Source: Balanoglossus misakiensis
Taxonomy: Eukaryota; Animalia; Hemichordata
Assembly: GCA_040954595.2 (NCBI GenBank)
Contig: CM082588.2
Location: 12,103,398 to 12,167,397 of the forward strand
Length of the DNA stretch: 64,000 nucleotides
Direction of reading: 5' to 3'
The notes under the pieces are model-generated. The model was given only the letters and a program-made list of their open reading frames with translations. It was not told the DNA's origin and ran no database searches. The position numbers and the translations under genes are program-made. Of the stretch, positions 37,101-52,100 are shown piece after piece; the first letter of the stretch is position 1; each line of letters starts with the position of its first letter.

Positions 37101-40100
37101 ATGTTTTACTAAAAAGACTTATGTATAGGTTCAAGAATTTGTGTTGAAATACCAAATTCTCTACAAGATTTAAGTGGAACAGTCACAGAATGAAAACAAA
37201 TATGGAAAGAGATATGTCAGAATGTTGTAAGGGATAGATTAATATTGCAAATAATTTAATTTCTTACATCATAAATGGAATTCAAAGAATGGTCACATAA
37301 CGGGCCATGTTTTACCAAAAAGACTTATGTATAGTTTCAAGGTTTTGTTTTGGAATAACGAATTCTCTACAAGATTTAAGTGGAATAGTCACAGAATGAA
37401 AACAAATATGGAAATAGTTATGCTGAAATGTTGTAAGGGATAGTTTAATATTGCAAATAATTTAATTTCTTACATCATAAATGAAATTCAAAGAATGGTC
37501 AAATAACAAGCCATGTTTTACTAAAAAGACTTAATATGTATAGTTTGAAGGCTTTGTTTTGGAATAACGAATTCTCTACAAGATTTAAGTGGAACAGTCA
37601 CAGAATGAAAACAAATATGGAAAGCGTTATGCTGGAATGTTGTAAGGGATAGATTAATATTGCAAATAATTTAATTTCTTACATAATAAAATGAATTCAA
37701 AGAATGGTCACATAACAGGATATGTTTTACTAAAAAGACTTATGTTATAGTTTCAAGGCTTTGTTTTGGAATAACGAATTCTCTACAAGATTTAAGTGGA
37801 ACAGTCACAGAATGAAAACAAATATGGAAAGAGTTATGCCGGAATGTTGTAAGGAATAGATTAAAGTTGCAAATAATTTAATTTCTTACATCATAAATGG
37901 AATTCGAAGAAAGGTCACGTAACAGGATATGTATAGGTTCAAGAATTTGTGTTGAAATACCAAATTCTCTACAAGATTTAAGTGGAACAGTCACAGAATG
38001 AAAACAAATATGGAAAGAGTTATGTCGGAATGTTGTAAGGGATAGATTAATATTGCAAATAATTTAATTTCTTACATCATAAATGGAATTCAAAGAATGG
38101 TCACATAACGGGCCATGTTTTACTAAAAAGACTTATGTATAGTTTCAAGGCTTTGTTTGGAATAACGAATTCTCTCCAAGATTTAAGTTGAAGAGTTACA
38201 GAATGAAAACAAATATTCAAATAGTTATGCTGGAATGTTGTAAGGGATAGATTAATATTGCAAATAATTTAATTTCTTACATCATAAATGGAATTCAAAG
38301 AATGGTCACATAACGGGCCATGTTTTACTAAAAAGACTTGTGTATAGTTTCAAGGCTTTGTTTGGAATAACGAATTCTCTCCAAGATTTAAGTTGAACAG
38401 TTACAGAATGAAAACATATATTCAAATAGTTATGCTGGTATGTTGTAAGGGATAGTTTAATATTGCAAATAATTTAATTTCTTACATCATAAATGAAATT
38501 CAAAGAATGTTCACATAACGGGCCATGTTTTACTAAAAAGACTTAATATGTATAGTTTGAAGGCTTTGTTTTGGAATAACGAATTCTCTACAAGATTTAA
38601 GTGGAACAGTCACAGAATGAAAACAAATATGGAAAGCGTTATGCTGGAATGTTGTAAGGGATAGATTAATATTGCAAATAATTTAATTTCTTACATCATA
38701 AAATGAATTCAAAGAATGGTCACATAACAGGATATGTTTTACTAAAAAGACTTATGTTATAGTTTCAAGGCTTTGTTTTGGAATAACGAATTCTCTACAA
38801 GATTTAAGTGGAACAGTCACAGAATGAAAACAAATATGGAAAGAGTTATGCCGGAATGTTGTAAGGAATAGATTAAAGTTGCAAATAATTTAATTTCTTA
38901 CATCATAAATGGAATTCGAAGAAAGGTCACGTAACAGGATATGTATAGGTTCAAGAATTTGTGTTGAAATACCAAATTCTCTACAAGATTTAAGTGGAAC
39001 AGTCACAGAATGAAAACAAATATGGAAAGAGTTATGTCGGAATGTTGTAAGGGATAGATTAATATTGCAAATAATTTAATTTCTTACATCATAAATGGAA
39101 TTCAAAGAATGGTCACATAACGGGCCATGTTTTACTAAAAAGACTTATGTATAGTTTCAAGGCTTTGGTTGGAATAACGAATTCTCTCCAAGATTTAAGT
39201 TGAACAGTTAAAGAATGAAAACAAATATTCAAATAGTTATGCTGGAATGTTGTAAGGGATAGATTAATATTGCAAATAATTTAATTTCTTACATCATAAA
39301 TGGAATTCAAAGAATGGTCACATAACGGGCCATGTTTTACTAAAAAGACTTGTGTATAGTTTCAAGGCTTTGTTTGGAATAACGAATTCTCTCCAAGATT
39401 TAAGTTGAACAGTTACAGAATGAAAACATATATTCAAATAGTTATGCTGGAATGTTGTAAGGGATAGTTTAATATTGCAAATAATTTAATTTCTTACATC
39501 ATAAATGAAATTCAAAGAATGTTCACATAACGGGCCATGTTTTACTAAAAAGACTTATGTATAGTTTCAAGGTTTTGTTTTGGAATAACGAATTCTCTAC
39601 AAGATTTAAGTGGAATAGTCACAGAATGAAAACAAATATGGAAAGAGTTATGCTGGAATGTTGTAAGGGATAGATTAATATTGCAAATAATTTAATTTCT
39701 TACATCATAAAATGAATTCAAAGAATGTTCACATAACAGGATATATTTTACTAAAAAGACTTATGTTATAGTTTCAAGGCTTTGTTTTGGAATAACGAAT
39801 TCTCTACAAGATTTAAGTGGAACAGTCACAGAATGAAAACAAATATGGAAAGAGTTATGCCGGAATGTTGTAAGGAATAGATTAATATTGCAAATAATTT
39901 AATTTCTTACATCATAAATGGAATTCAAATAAAGGTCACGTAACAGGATATGTATAGTTTCAAGCCATTGTTTTGGAGTAACGAATTCTCTACAAGATTT
40001 AAGTGGAACAGTCACAGAATGAAAACAAATATGGAAAGAGTTATGCTGAAATGTTGTAAGGGATAGATTAATATTGCATAAAATTTTTATTTCTTACATC

Positions 40101-43100
40101 ATAAATGGAATTGAAAGAATGGTCACATAACTGGATATGTTTTACTAAAAAGACTTATGTATAGGTTCAAGAATTTGTGTTGAAATACCAAATTCTCTAC
40201 AAGATTTAAGTGGAACAGTCACAGAATGAAAACAAATATGGAAAGAGTTATGCCGGAATGTTGTAAGGAATAGATTAAAATTGCAAATAATTTAATTTCT
40301 TACATCATAAATGGAATTCAAAGAAACGTCACGTAACAGGATATGTATAGGTTCAAGAATTTGTGTTGAAATACCAAATTCTCTACAAGATTTATGTGGA
40401 ACAGTCAGAGAATGAAAACAAATATGGAAAGAGTTATGTCGGAATGTTGTAAGGGATAGATTAATATTGCAAATAATTTAATTTCTTACATCATAAATGG
40501 AATTCAAAGAATGGTCACATAACGGGCCATGTTTTACTAAAAAGACTTATGTATAGTTTCAAGGCTTTGTTTGGAATAACGAATTCTCTCCAAGATTTAA
40601 GTTGAACAGTTACAGAATGAAAACAAATATTCAAATAGTTATGCTGGAATGTTGTAAGGGATAGTTTAATATTGCAAATAATTTAATTTCTTACATCATA
40701 AATGGAATTCGAAGAATGTTCACATAACGGGCCATGTTTTACTAATAATACTTATGTATAGTTTCAAGGTTTTGTTTTGGAATAACGAATTCTCTACAAG
40801 ATTTAAGTGGAATAGTCACAGAATGAAAACAAATATGGAAAGAGTTATGCTGGAATGTTGTAAGGGATAGATCAATATTGCAAATCATTTAATTTCTTAC
40901 ATCATAAAATGAATTCAAAGAATGGTCACATAACAGGATATATTTTACTAAAAAGACTTATGTTATAGTTTCAAGGCTTTGTTTTGGAATAACGAATTCT
41001 CTACAAGATTTAACTGGAACAGTCACAGAATGAAAACAAATATGGAAAGAGTTATGCCGGAATGTTGTAAGGAATAGATTAATATTGCAAATAATTTAAT
41101 TTCTTACATCATAAATGGAATTCAAAGAAAGGTCACGTAGGATATGTATAGTTTCAAGCCATTGTTTTGGAGTAACGAATTCTCTACAAGATTTAAGTGG
41201 AACAGTCACAGAATGAAAACAAATATGAAAAGAGTTATGCTGAAATGTTGTAAGGGATAGATTAATATTGCATAAAATTTTTATTTCTTACATCATAAAT
41301 GGAATTCAAAGAATGGTCACATAACTGGATATGTTTTACTAAAAAGACTTATGTATAGGTTCAAGAATTTGTGTTGAAATACCAAATTCTCTACAAGATT
41401 TAAGTGGAACAGTTACAGAATGAAAACAAATATTCAAATAGTTATGCTGAAATGTTGTAAGGGATAGTTTAATATTGCAAATAATTTAATTTCTTACGTC
41501 ATAAATGAAATTCAAAGAATGGTCAAATAAGGGGCCATGTTTTACTAAAAAGACTTAATATGTATAGTTTGAAGGCTTTGTTTTGGAATAACGAATTCTC
41601 TACAAGATTTAAGTGGAACAGTCACAGTTTGAAAACAAATATGGAAAGCGTTATGCTGGAATGTTGTAAGGGATAGATTAATATTGCAAATAATTTAATT
41701 TCTTACATCATAAAATGAATTCAAAGAATGGTCACATAACAGGATATGTTTTACTAAAAAGACTTATGTTATAGTTTCAAGGCTTTGTTTTGGAATAACG
41801 AATTCTCTACAAGATTTAAGTGGAACAGTCACAGAATGAAAACAAATATGGAAAGAGTTATGCCGGAATGTTGTAAGGAATAGATTAATATTGCAAATAA
41901 TTTAATTTCTCACATCATAAATGAAATTCAAAGAATGGTCAAATAACGGGCCATGTTTTACTAAAAAGACTTATGTATAGTTTCAAGGCTTTGTTTGGAA
42001 TAACGAATTCTCTCCAAGATTTAAGTTGAACAGTTACAGAATGAAAACAAATATTCATATAGTTATGCTGGAATGTTGTAAGGGATAGTTTAATATTGCA
42101 AATAATTTAATTTCTTACATCATAAATGAAATTCAAAGAATGGTCACATAACGGGCCATGTTTTACTAAAAAGACTTATGTATAGTTTCAAGGTTTTGTT
42201 TTGGAATAACGAATTCTCTACAAGATTTAAGTGGAATAGTCACAGAATGAAAACAAATATGGACAGAGTTATGCTGGAATGTTGTAAGGGATAGATTAAT
42301 ATTGCAAATAATTTAATTTCTTACATCATAAAATGAATTCAAAGAATGGTCACATAACAGGATATGTTTTACTAAAGAGACTTATGTTATAGTTTCAAGG
42401 CTTTGTTTTGGAATAACGAATTCTCTACAAGATTTTAGTGGAACAGTCACAGAATGAAAATAAATATGGAAAGCGTTATGCTGGAATGTTGTAAGGGATA
42501 GATTAATATTGCAAATAATTTAATTTCTTACATCATAAAATGAATTCAAAGAATGGTCACATAACAGGATATGTTTTACTAAAAAGACTTATGTTATAGT
42601 TTCAAGGCTTTGTTTTGGAATAACGAATTCTCTACAAGATTTAAGTGGAACCGTCACAGAATGAAAACAAATATGGAAAGAGTTATGCCGGAATGTTGTA
42701 AGGAATAGATTAATATTGCAAATAATTTAATTTCTGACATCATAAATGGAATTCAAAGAATGGTCACGTAACAGGATATGTATAAGTTCAAGAATTTGTG
42801 TTGAAATACCAAATTCTCTACAAGATTTAAGTGGAACAGTCACAGAATGAAAACAAATATGGAAAGAGTTATGCTGAAATGTTGTAAGGGATAGATTAAT
42901 ATTGCAAATAATTTAATTTCTTACATCATAAATGGAATTCAAAGAATGGTCACATAACGGGCCATGTTTTACTAAAAAGACTTATGTATAGTTTCAAGGT
43001 TTTGTTTTGTAATAACGAATTCTCTACAAGATTTAAGTGGAATAGTCACAGAATGAAAACAAATATGGAAAGAGTTATGCTGGAATGTTGTAAGGGATAC

Positions 43101-46100
43101 ATTAATATTGCAAATAATTTAATTTCTTACATCATAAATTGAATTCAAAGAATGGTCACATAACAGGATATGTTTTACTAAAAAGACTTATGTTATAGTT
43201 TCAAGGCTTTGTTTTGGAATAACGAATTCTCTACAAGATTTAAGTGGAACAGTCACAGAATGAAAACAAATATGGAAAGAGTTATGCTAGAATGTTGTAA
43301 GAGAAAGTTTAATATTGCAAATAATTTAATTTCTTACATCATAAATGAAATTCAAAGAATGGTCACATAACGGGCCATGTTTTACTAAAAAGACTTATGT
43401 ATAGTTTCAAGGTTTTGTTTTGGAATAACGAATTCTCTACAAGATTTAAGTGGAATAGTCACAGAATGAAAACAAATATGGAAAGAGTTATGCTGGAATG
43501 TTGTAAGGGATAGATTAATATTGCAAATAATTTAATTTCTTACATCATAAAATGAATTCAAAGAATGGTCACATAACAGGATATGTTTTACTAAAAAGAC
43601 TTATGTTATAGTTTCAAGGCTTTGTTTTGGAATAACGAATTCTCTACAAGATTTAAGTGGAACAGTCACAGAATGAAAACAAATATGGAAAGAGTTATGC
43701 CGGAATGTTGTAAGGAATAGATTAATATTGCAAATAATTTAATTTCTTACATCATAAATGGAATTCAAAGAAAGGTCACGTAACAGGATATGTATAGTTT
43801 CAAGCCTTTGTTTTGGAGTAACGAATTCTCTACAAGATTTAAGTGGAACAGTCACAGAATGAAAACAAATATGGAAAGAGTTATGCTGAAATGTTGTAAG
43901 GGATAGATTAATATTGCATAAAATTTAATTTCTTACATCACAAATGGAATTCAAAGAATGGTCACATAACTGGATATGTTTTACTAAAAAGACTTATGTA
44001 TAAGTTCAAGAATTTGTGTTGAAATACCAAATTCTCTACAAGATTTAAGTGGAACAGTCACAGAATGAAAACAAATATGGAAAGAGATATGTCGGATTGT
44101 TGTAAGGGATAGATTAATATTGCAAATAATTTAATTTCTTACATCATAAATGGAATTCAAAGAATGCTCACATAACGGGCCATGTTTTACTAAAAAGACT
44201 TATGTATAGTTTCAAGGCTTTGTTTGGAATAACGAATTCTCTCCAAGATTTAAGTGGAACAGTCACAGAATGAAAACAAGTATGGAAAGAGTTATGCTGA
44301 AATGTTGTAAGGGATAGATTAATATTGCAAATAATTTAATTTCTTACATCATAAATGGAATTCAAAGAATGCTCACATAACGGGCCATGTTTTACTAAAA
44401 AGACTTATGTATAGTTTCAAGGCTTTGTTTGGAATAACGAATTCTCTCCAAGATTTAAGTTGAACATTTACAGAATGAAAACAAATATTCAAATAGTTAT
44501 GCTGGAATGTTGTAAGGGATAGTTTAATATTGCAAATAATTTAATTTCTTACATCATAAATGAAATTCAAAGAATGGTCAAATAACGGGCCATGTTTTAC
44601 TAAAAAGAGTTAATATGTATAGTTTGAAGGCTTTGTTTTGGAATAACGAATTCTCTACAAGATTTAAGTGGAACAGGCACAGAATGAAAACAAATATGGA
44701 AAGCTTTATGCCGGAATGTTGTAAGGGATAGATAATTATTGAAAATAATTTAATATCTTACATCATAAATGGAAACCAAAGAAGGGTCACATAACGGGCC
44801 ATGTTTTACAAAAAGACTTATGTATAGTTTCAAGGCTTTGTTTTGGAATAACGAATTCTCTACAAGATTTAAGTGGAATAGTCACAGAATGAAAACAAAT
44901 ATGGAAAGAGTTATGCTGGAATGTTGTAAGGGATGGATTAATATTGCAAATAATTTAATTTCTTACATCATAAATGGAATTCAAAGAAAGGTCACGTAAC
45001 AGGATATGTATAGTTACAAGCCTTTGTTTTGGAGTAACGAATTCTCTACAAGATTTAAGTGGAACAGTCACAGAATGAAAACAAATATGGAAAGAGTTAT
45101 GCTGAAATGTTGTAAGGGATAGATTAATATTGCATAAAATTTAATTTCTTACATCATAAATGGAATTCAAAGAATGGTCACGTAACTGGATATGTTTTAC
45201 TAAAAAGACTTACGTATAAGTTCAAGAATTTGTGTTGAAATACCAAATTCTCTACAAGATTTAAGTGGAACAGTCATAGAATGAAAACAAATATGGAAAG
45301 AGATATGTCGGATTGTTGTAAGGGATAGATTAATATTGCAAATAATTTAATTTCTTACATCATAAATGAAATTCAAAGAATGGTCACATAACGGGCCATG
45401 TTTTACTAAAAAGACTTATGTATAGTTTCAAGGCTTTGTTTTGGAATAACGAATTCTCTCCAAGATTTAAGTTGAACAGTTACAGAATGAAAACAAATAT
45501 TCAAATAGTTATGCTGAAATGTTGTAAGGGATAGTTTAATATTGCAAATAATTTAATTTCTTACATCATAAATGAAATTCAAAGAATGGTCAAATAACGG
45601 GCCATGTTTTACTAAAAAGACTTAATATGTATAATTTCAAGCCTTTGTTTTGGAGTAACGAATTCTCTACAAGATTTAAGTGGAACAGTCACAGAATGAA
45701 AACAAATATGGAAAGAGTTATGCTGGAATGTTGTAAGGGATAGATTAATATTGCATAAAATTTAATTTCTTACATCATAAATGGAATTCAAAGAATGGTC
45801 ACATAACGGGCCATGTTTTACTAAAAAGACTTATGTATAGTTTCAAGGCTTTGTTTGGAATAACGAATTCTCTCCAAGATTTAAGTTGAACAGTTACAGA
45901 ATGAAAACAAATATTCAAATAGTTATGCTGGAATGTTGTAAGGGATAGTTTAATATTGCAAATAATTTAATTTCTTACATCATAAATGATATTCAAAGAA
46001 TGGTCACATAACGGGCCATGTTTTACTAAAAAGACTTATGTATAGTTTCAAGGTTTTGTTTTGGAATAACGAATTCTCTACAAGATTTAAGTGGAATAGT

Positions 46101-49100
46101 CACAGAATGAAAACAAATATGGAAAGAGTTATGCTGGAATGTTGTAAGGGATAGATTAATATTGCAAATAATTTAATTTCTTACATCATAAAATGAATTC
46201 AAAGAATGGTCACATAACGGGCCATGTTTTACTAAAAAGACTTATGTATAGTTTCAAGGCTTTGTTTGGAATAACGAATTCTCTCCAAGATTTAAGTTGA
46301 ACAGTTACAGAATGAAAACAAATATTCAAATAGTTATGCTGGAATGTTGTAAGGGATAGTTTAATATTGCAAATAATTTAATTTCTTACATCATAAATGA
46401 TATTCAAAGAATGGTCACATAACGGGCCATGTTTTACTAAAAAGACTTATGTATAGTTTCAAGGTTTTGTTTTGGAATAACGAATTCTCTACAAGATTTA
46501 AGTGGAATAGTCACAGAATGAAAACAAATATGGAAAGAGTTATGCTGGAATGTTGTAAGGGATAGATTAATATTGCAAATAATTTAATTTCTTACATCAT
46601 AAAATGAATTCAAAGAATGGTCACATAACAGGATATGTTTTACTAAAAAGACTTATGTATAGTTTCAAGGTTTTGTTTTGGAATAACGAATTCTCTACAA
46701 GATTTAAGTGGAACAGTCACAGAATGAAAACAAATATGGAAAGAGTTATGCCGGAATGTTGTAAGGAATAGATTAATATTGCAAATAATTTAATTTCTTA
46801 CATCATAAATGGAATTCAAAGAAAGGTCACGTAACAGGATATGTATAGTTTCAAGCCTTTGTTTTGGAGTAACGAATTCTCTACAAGATTTAAGTGGAAC
46901 AGTCACAGAATGAAAACAAATATGGAAAGAGTTATGCTGAAATGTTGTAAGGGATAGATTAATATTGCAAATTATTTAATTTCTTACATCATAAATGGAA
47001 TTCAAAGAATGCTCACATAACGGGCCATGTTTTACTAAAAAGACTTATGTATAGTTTCAAGGCTTTGTTTGGAATAAGGAATTCTCTCCAAGATTTAAGT
47101 TGAACAGTTACAGAATGAAAACAAATATTCAAATAGTTATGCTGGAATGTTGTAAGGGATAGTTTAATATTGCAAATAATTTAATTTCTTACATCATAAA
47201 TGAAATTCAAAGAATGGTCAAATAACGGGCCATGTTTTACTAAAAAGAGTTAATATGTATAGTTTGAAGGCTTTGTTTTGGAATAACGAATTCTCTACAA
47301 GATTTAAGTGGAACAGGCACAGAATGAAAACAAATATGGAAAGCTTTATGCCGGAATGTTGTAAGGGATAGATAATTATTGAAAATAATTTAATATCTTA
47401 CATCATAAATGGAAACCAAAGAAGGGTCACATAACGGGCCATGTTTTACAAAAAGACTTATGTATAGTTTCAAGGCTTTGTTTTGGAATAACGAATTCTC
47501 TACAAGATTTAAGTGGAATAGTCACAGAATGAAAACAAATATGGAAAGAGTTATGCTGGAATGTTGTAAGGGATGGATTAATATTGCAAATAATTTAATT
47601 TCTTACATCATAAAATGAATTCAAAGAATGGTCACATTACAGGATATGTTTTACTAAAAAGACTTATGTTATAGTTTCAAGGCTTTGTTTTGGAATAACG
47701 AAATCTCTACAAGATTTAAGTGGAACAGTCACAGAATGAAAACAAATATGGAAAGAGATATGTCGGATTGTTGTAAGGGATAGATTAATATTGCAAATAA
47801 TTTAATTTCTTACATCATAAAATGAATTCAAAGAATGGTCACATAACGGGCCATGTTTTACTAAAAAGACTTATGTATAGTTTCAAGGCTTTGTTTGGAA
47901 TAACGAATTCTCTCCAAGATTTAAGTTGAACAGTTACAGAATGAAAACAAATATTCATATAGTTATGCTGGAATGTTGTAAGGGATAGTTTAATATTGCA
48001 AATAATTTAATTTCTTACATCATAAATGAAATTCAAAGAATGGTCACATAACGGGCCATGTTTTACTAAAAAGACTTATGTATAGTTTCAAGGTTTTGTT
48101 TTGGAATAACGAATTCTCTACAAGATTTAAGTGGAATAGTCACAGAATGAAAACAAATATGGACAGAGTTATGCTGGAATGTTGTAAGGGATAGATTAAT
48201 ATTGCAAATAATTTAATTTCTTACATCATAAAATGAATTCAAAGAATGGTCACATAACAGGATATGTTTTACTAAAAAGACTTATGTTATAGTTTCAAGG
48301 CTTTGTTTTGGAATAACGAATTCTCTACAAGATTTTAGTGGAACAGTCACAGAATGAAAATAAATATGGAAAGCGTTATGCTGGAATGTTGTAAGGGATA
48401 GATTAATATTGCAAATAATTTAATTTCTTACATCATAAAATGAATTCAAAGAATGGTCACATAACAGGATATGTTTTACTAAAAAGACTTATGTTATAGT
48501 TTCAAGGCTTTGTTTTGGAATAACGAATTCTCTACAAGATTTAAGTGGAACCGTCACAGAATGAAAACAAATATGGAAAGAGTTATGCCGGAATGTTGTA
48601 AGGAATAGATTAATATTGCAAATAATTTAATTTCTGACATCATAAATGGAATTCAAAGAATGGTCACGTAACAGGATATGTATAAGTTCAAGAATTTGTG
48701 TTGAAATACCAAATTCTCTACAAGATTTAAGTGGAACAGTCACAGAATGAAAACAAATATGGAAAGAGTTATGCTGAAATGTTGTAAGGGATAGATTAAT
48801 ATTGCAAATAATTTAATTTCTTACATCATAAATGGAATTCAAAGAATGGTCACATAACGGGCCATGTTTTACTAAAAAGACTTATGTATAGTTTCAAGGT
48901 TTTGTTTTGTAATAACGAATTCTCTACAAGATTTAAGTGGAATAGTCACAGAATGAAAACAAATATGGAAAGAGTTATGCTGGAATGTTGTAAGGGATAC
49001 ATTAATATTGCAAATAATTTAATTTCTTACATCATAAATTGAATTCAAAGAATGGTCACATAACAGGATATGTTTTACTAAAAAGACTTATGTTATAGTT

Positions 49101-52100
49101 TCAAGGCTTTGTTTTGGAATAACGAATTCTCTACAAGATTTAAGTGGAACAGTCACAGAATGAAAACAAATATGGAAAGAGTTATGCTGGAATGTTGTAA
49201 GAGAAAGTTTAATATTGCAAATAATTTAATTTCTTACATCATAAATGAAATTCAAAGAATGGTCACATAACGGGCCATGTTTTACTAAAAAGACTTATGT
49301 ATAGTTTCAAGGTTTTGTTTTGGAATAACGAATTCTCTACAAGATTTAAGTGGAATAGTCACAGAATGAAAACAAATATGGAAAGAGTTATGCTGGAATG
49401 TTGTAAGGGATAGATTAATATTGCAAATAATTTAATTTCTTACATCATAAAATGAATTCAAAGAATGGTCACATAACAGGATATGTTTTACTAAAAAGAC
49501 TTATGTTATAGTTTCAAGGCTTTGTTTTGGAATAACGAATTCTCTACAAGATTTAAGTGGAACAGTCACAGAATGAAAACAAATATGGAAAGAGTTATGC
49601 CGGAATGTTGTAAGGAATAGATTAATATTGCAAATAATTTAATTTCTTACATCATAAATGGAATTCAAAGAAAGGTCACGTAACAGGATATGTATAGTTT
49701 CAAGCCTTTGTTTTGGAGTAACGAATTCTCTACAAGATTTAAGTGGAACAGTCACAGAATGAAAACAAATATGGAAAGAGTTATGCTGAAATGTTGTAAG
49801 GGATAGATTAATATTGCATAAAATTTAATTTCTTACATCATAAATGGAATTCAAAGAATGGTCACATAACTGGATATGTTTTACTAAAAAGACTTATGTA
49901 TAAGTTCAAGAATTTGTGTTGAAATACCAAATTCTCTACAAGATTTAAGTGGAACAGTCACAGAATGAAAAAAAAATATGGAAAGAGATATGTCGGATTG
50001 TTGTAAGGGATAGATTAATATTGCAAATAATTTAATTTCTTACATCATAAATGGAATTCAAAGAATGGTCACATAACGGGCCATGTTTCACTAAAAAGAC
50101 TTATGTATAGTTTCAAGGCTTTGTTTTGGAATAACGAATTCTCTCCAAGATTTAAGTTGAACAGTTACAGAATGAAAACAAATATTCAAGTAGTTATGCT
50201 GAAATGTTGTAAGGGATAGTTTAATATTGCAAATAATTTAATTTCTTACATCATAAATGAAATTCAAAGAATGGTCAAATAACGGGCCATGTTTTACTAA
50301 AAAGACTTATGTTATAGTTTCAAGGCTTTGTTTTGGAATAACGAATTCTCTACAAGATTTAAGTGGAACAGTCACAGAATGAAAACAAATATGGAAAGAG
50401 TTATGCCGGAATGTTGTAAGGAATAGATTAATATTGCAAATAATTTAATTTCTTACATCATAAATGGAATTCAAAGAATGCTCACATAACGGGCCATGTT
50501 TTACTAAAAAGACTTATGTATAGTTTCAAGGCTTTGTTTGGAATAACGAATTCTCTCCAAGATTTAAGTGGAACAGTCACAGAATGAAAACAAGTATGGA
50601 AAGAGTTATGCTGAAATGTTGTAAGGGATAGATTAATATTGCAAATAATTTAATTTCTTACATCATAAATGGAATTCAAAGAATGCTCACATAACGGGCC
50701 ATGTTTTACTAAAAAGACTTATGTATAGTTTCAAGGCTTTGTTTGGAATAACGAATTCTCTCCAAGATTTAAGTTGAACATTTACAGAATGAAAACAAAT
50801 ATTCAAATAGTTATGCTGGAATGTTGTAAGGGATAGTTTAATATTGCAAATAATTTAATTTCTTACATCATAAATGAAATTCAAAGAATGGTCAAATAAC
50901 GGGCCATGTTTTACTAAAAAGAGTTAATATGTATAGTTTGAAGGCTTTGTTTTGGAATAACGAATTCTCTACAAGATTTAAGTGGAACAGGCACAGAATG
51001 AAAACAAATATGGAAAGCTTTATGCCGGAATGTTGTAAGGGATAGATAATTATTGAAAATAATTTAATATCTTACATCATAAATGGAAACCAAAGAAGGG
51101 TCACATAACGGGCCATGTTTTACAAAAAGACTTATGTATAGTTTCAAGGCTTTGTTTTGGAATAACGAATTCTCTACAAGATTTAAGTGGAATAGTCACA
51201 GAATGAAAACAAATATGGAAAGAGTTATGCTGGAATGTTGTAAGGGATGGATTAATATTGCAAATAATTTAATTTCTTACATCATAAATGGAATTCAAAG
51301 AAAGGTCACGTAACAGGATATGTATAGTTACAAGCCTTTGTTTTGGAGTAACGAATTCTCTACAAGATTTAAGTGGAACAGTCACAGAATGAAAACAAAT
51401 ATGGAAAGAGTTATGCTGAAATGTTGTAAGGGATAGATTAATATTGCATAAAATTTAATTTCTTACATCATAAATGGAATTCAAAGAATGGTCACGTAAC
51501 TGGATATGTTTTACTAAAAAGACTTACGTATAAGTTCAAGAATTTGTGTTGAAATACCAAATTCTCTACAAGATTTAAGTGGAACAGTCATAGAATGAAA
51601 ACAAATATGGAAAGAGATATGTCGGATTGTTGTAAGGGATAGATTAATATTGCAAATAATTTAATTTCTTACATCATAAATGAAATTCAAAGAATGGTCA
51701 CATAACGGGCCATGTTTTACTAAAAAGACTTATGTATAGTTTCAAGGCTTTGTTTTGGAATAACGAATTCTCTCCAAGATTTAAGTTGAACAGTTACAGA
51801 ATGAAAACAAATATTCAAATAGTTATGCTGAAATGTTGTAAGGGATAGTTTAATATTGCAAATAATTTAATTTCTTACATCATAAATGAAATTCAAAGAA
51901 TGGTCAAATAACGGGCCATGTTTTACTAAAAAGACTTAATATGTATAATTTCAAGCCTTTGTTTTGGAGTAACGAATTCTCTACAAGATTTAAGTGGAAC
52001 AGTCACAGAATGAAAACAAATATGGAAAGAGTTATGCTGGAATGTTGTAAGGGATAGATTAATATTGCATAAAATTTAATTTCTTACATCATAAATGGAA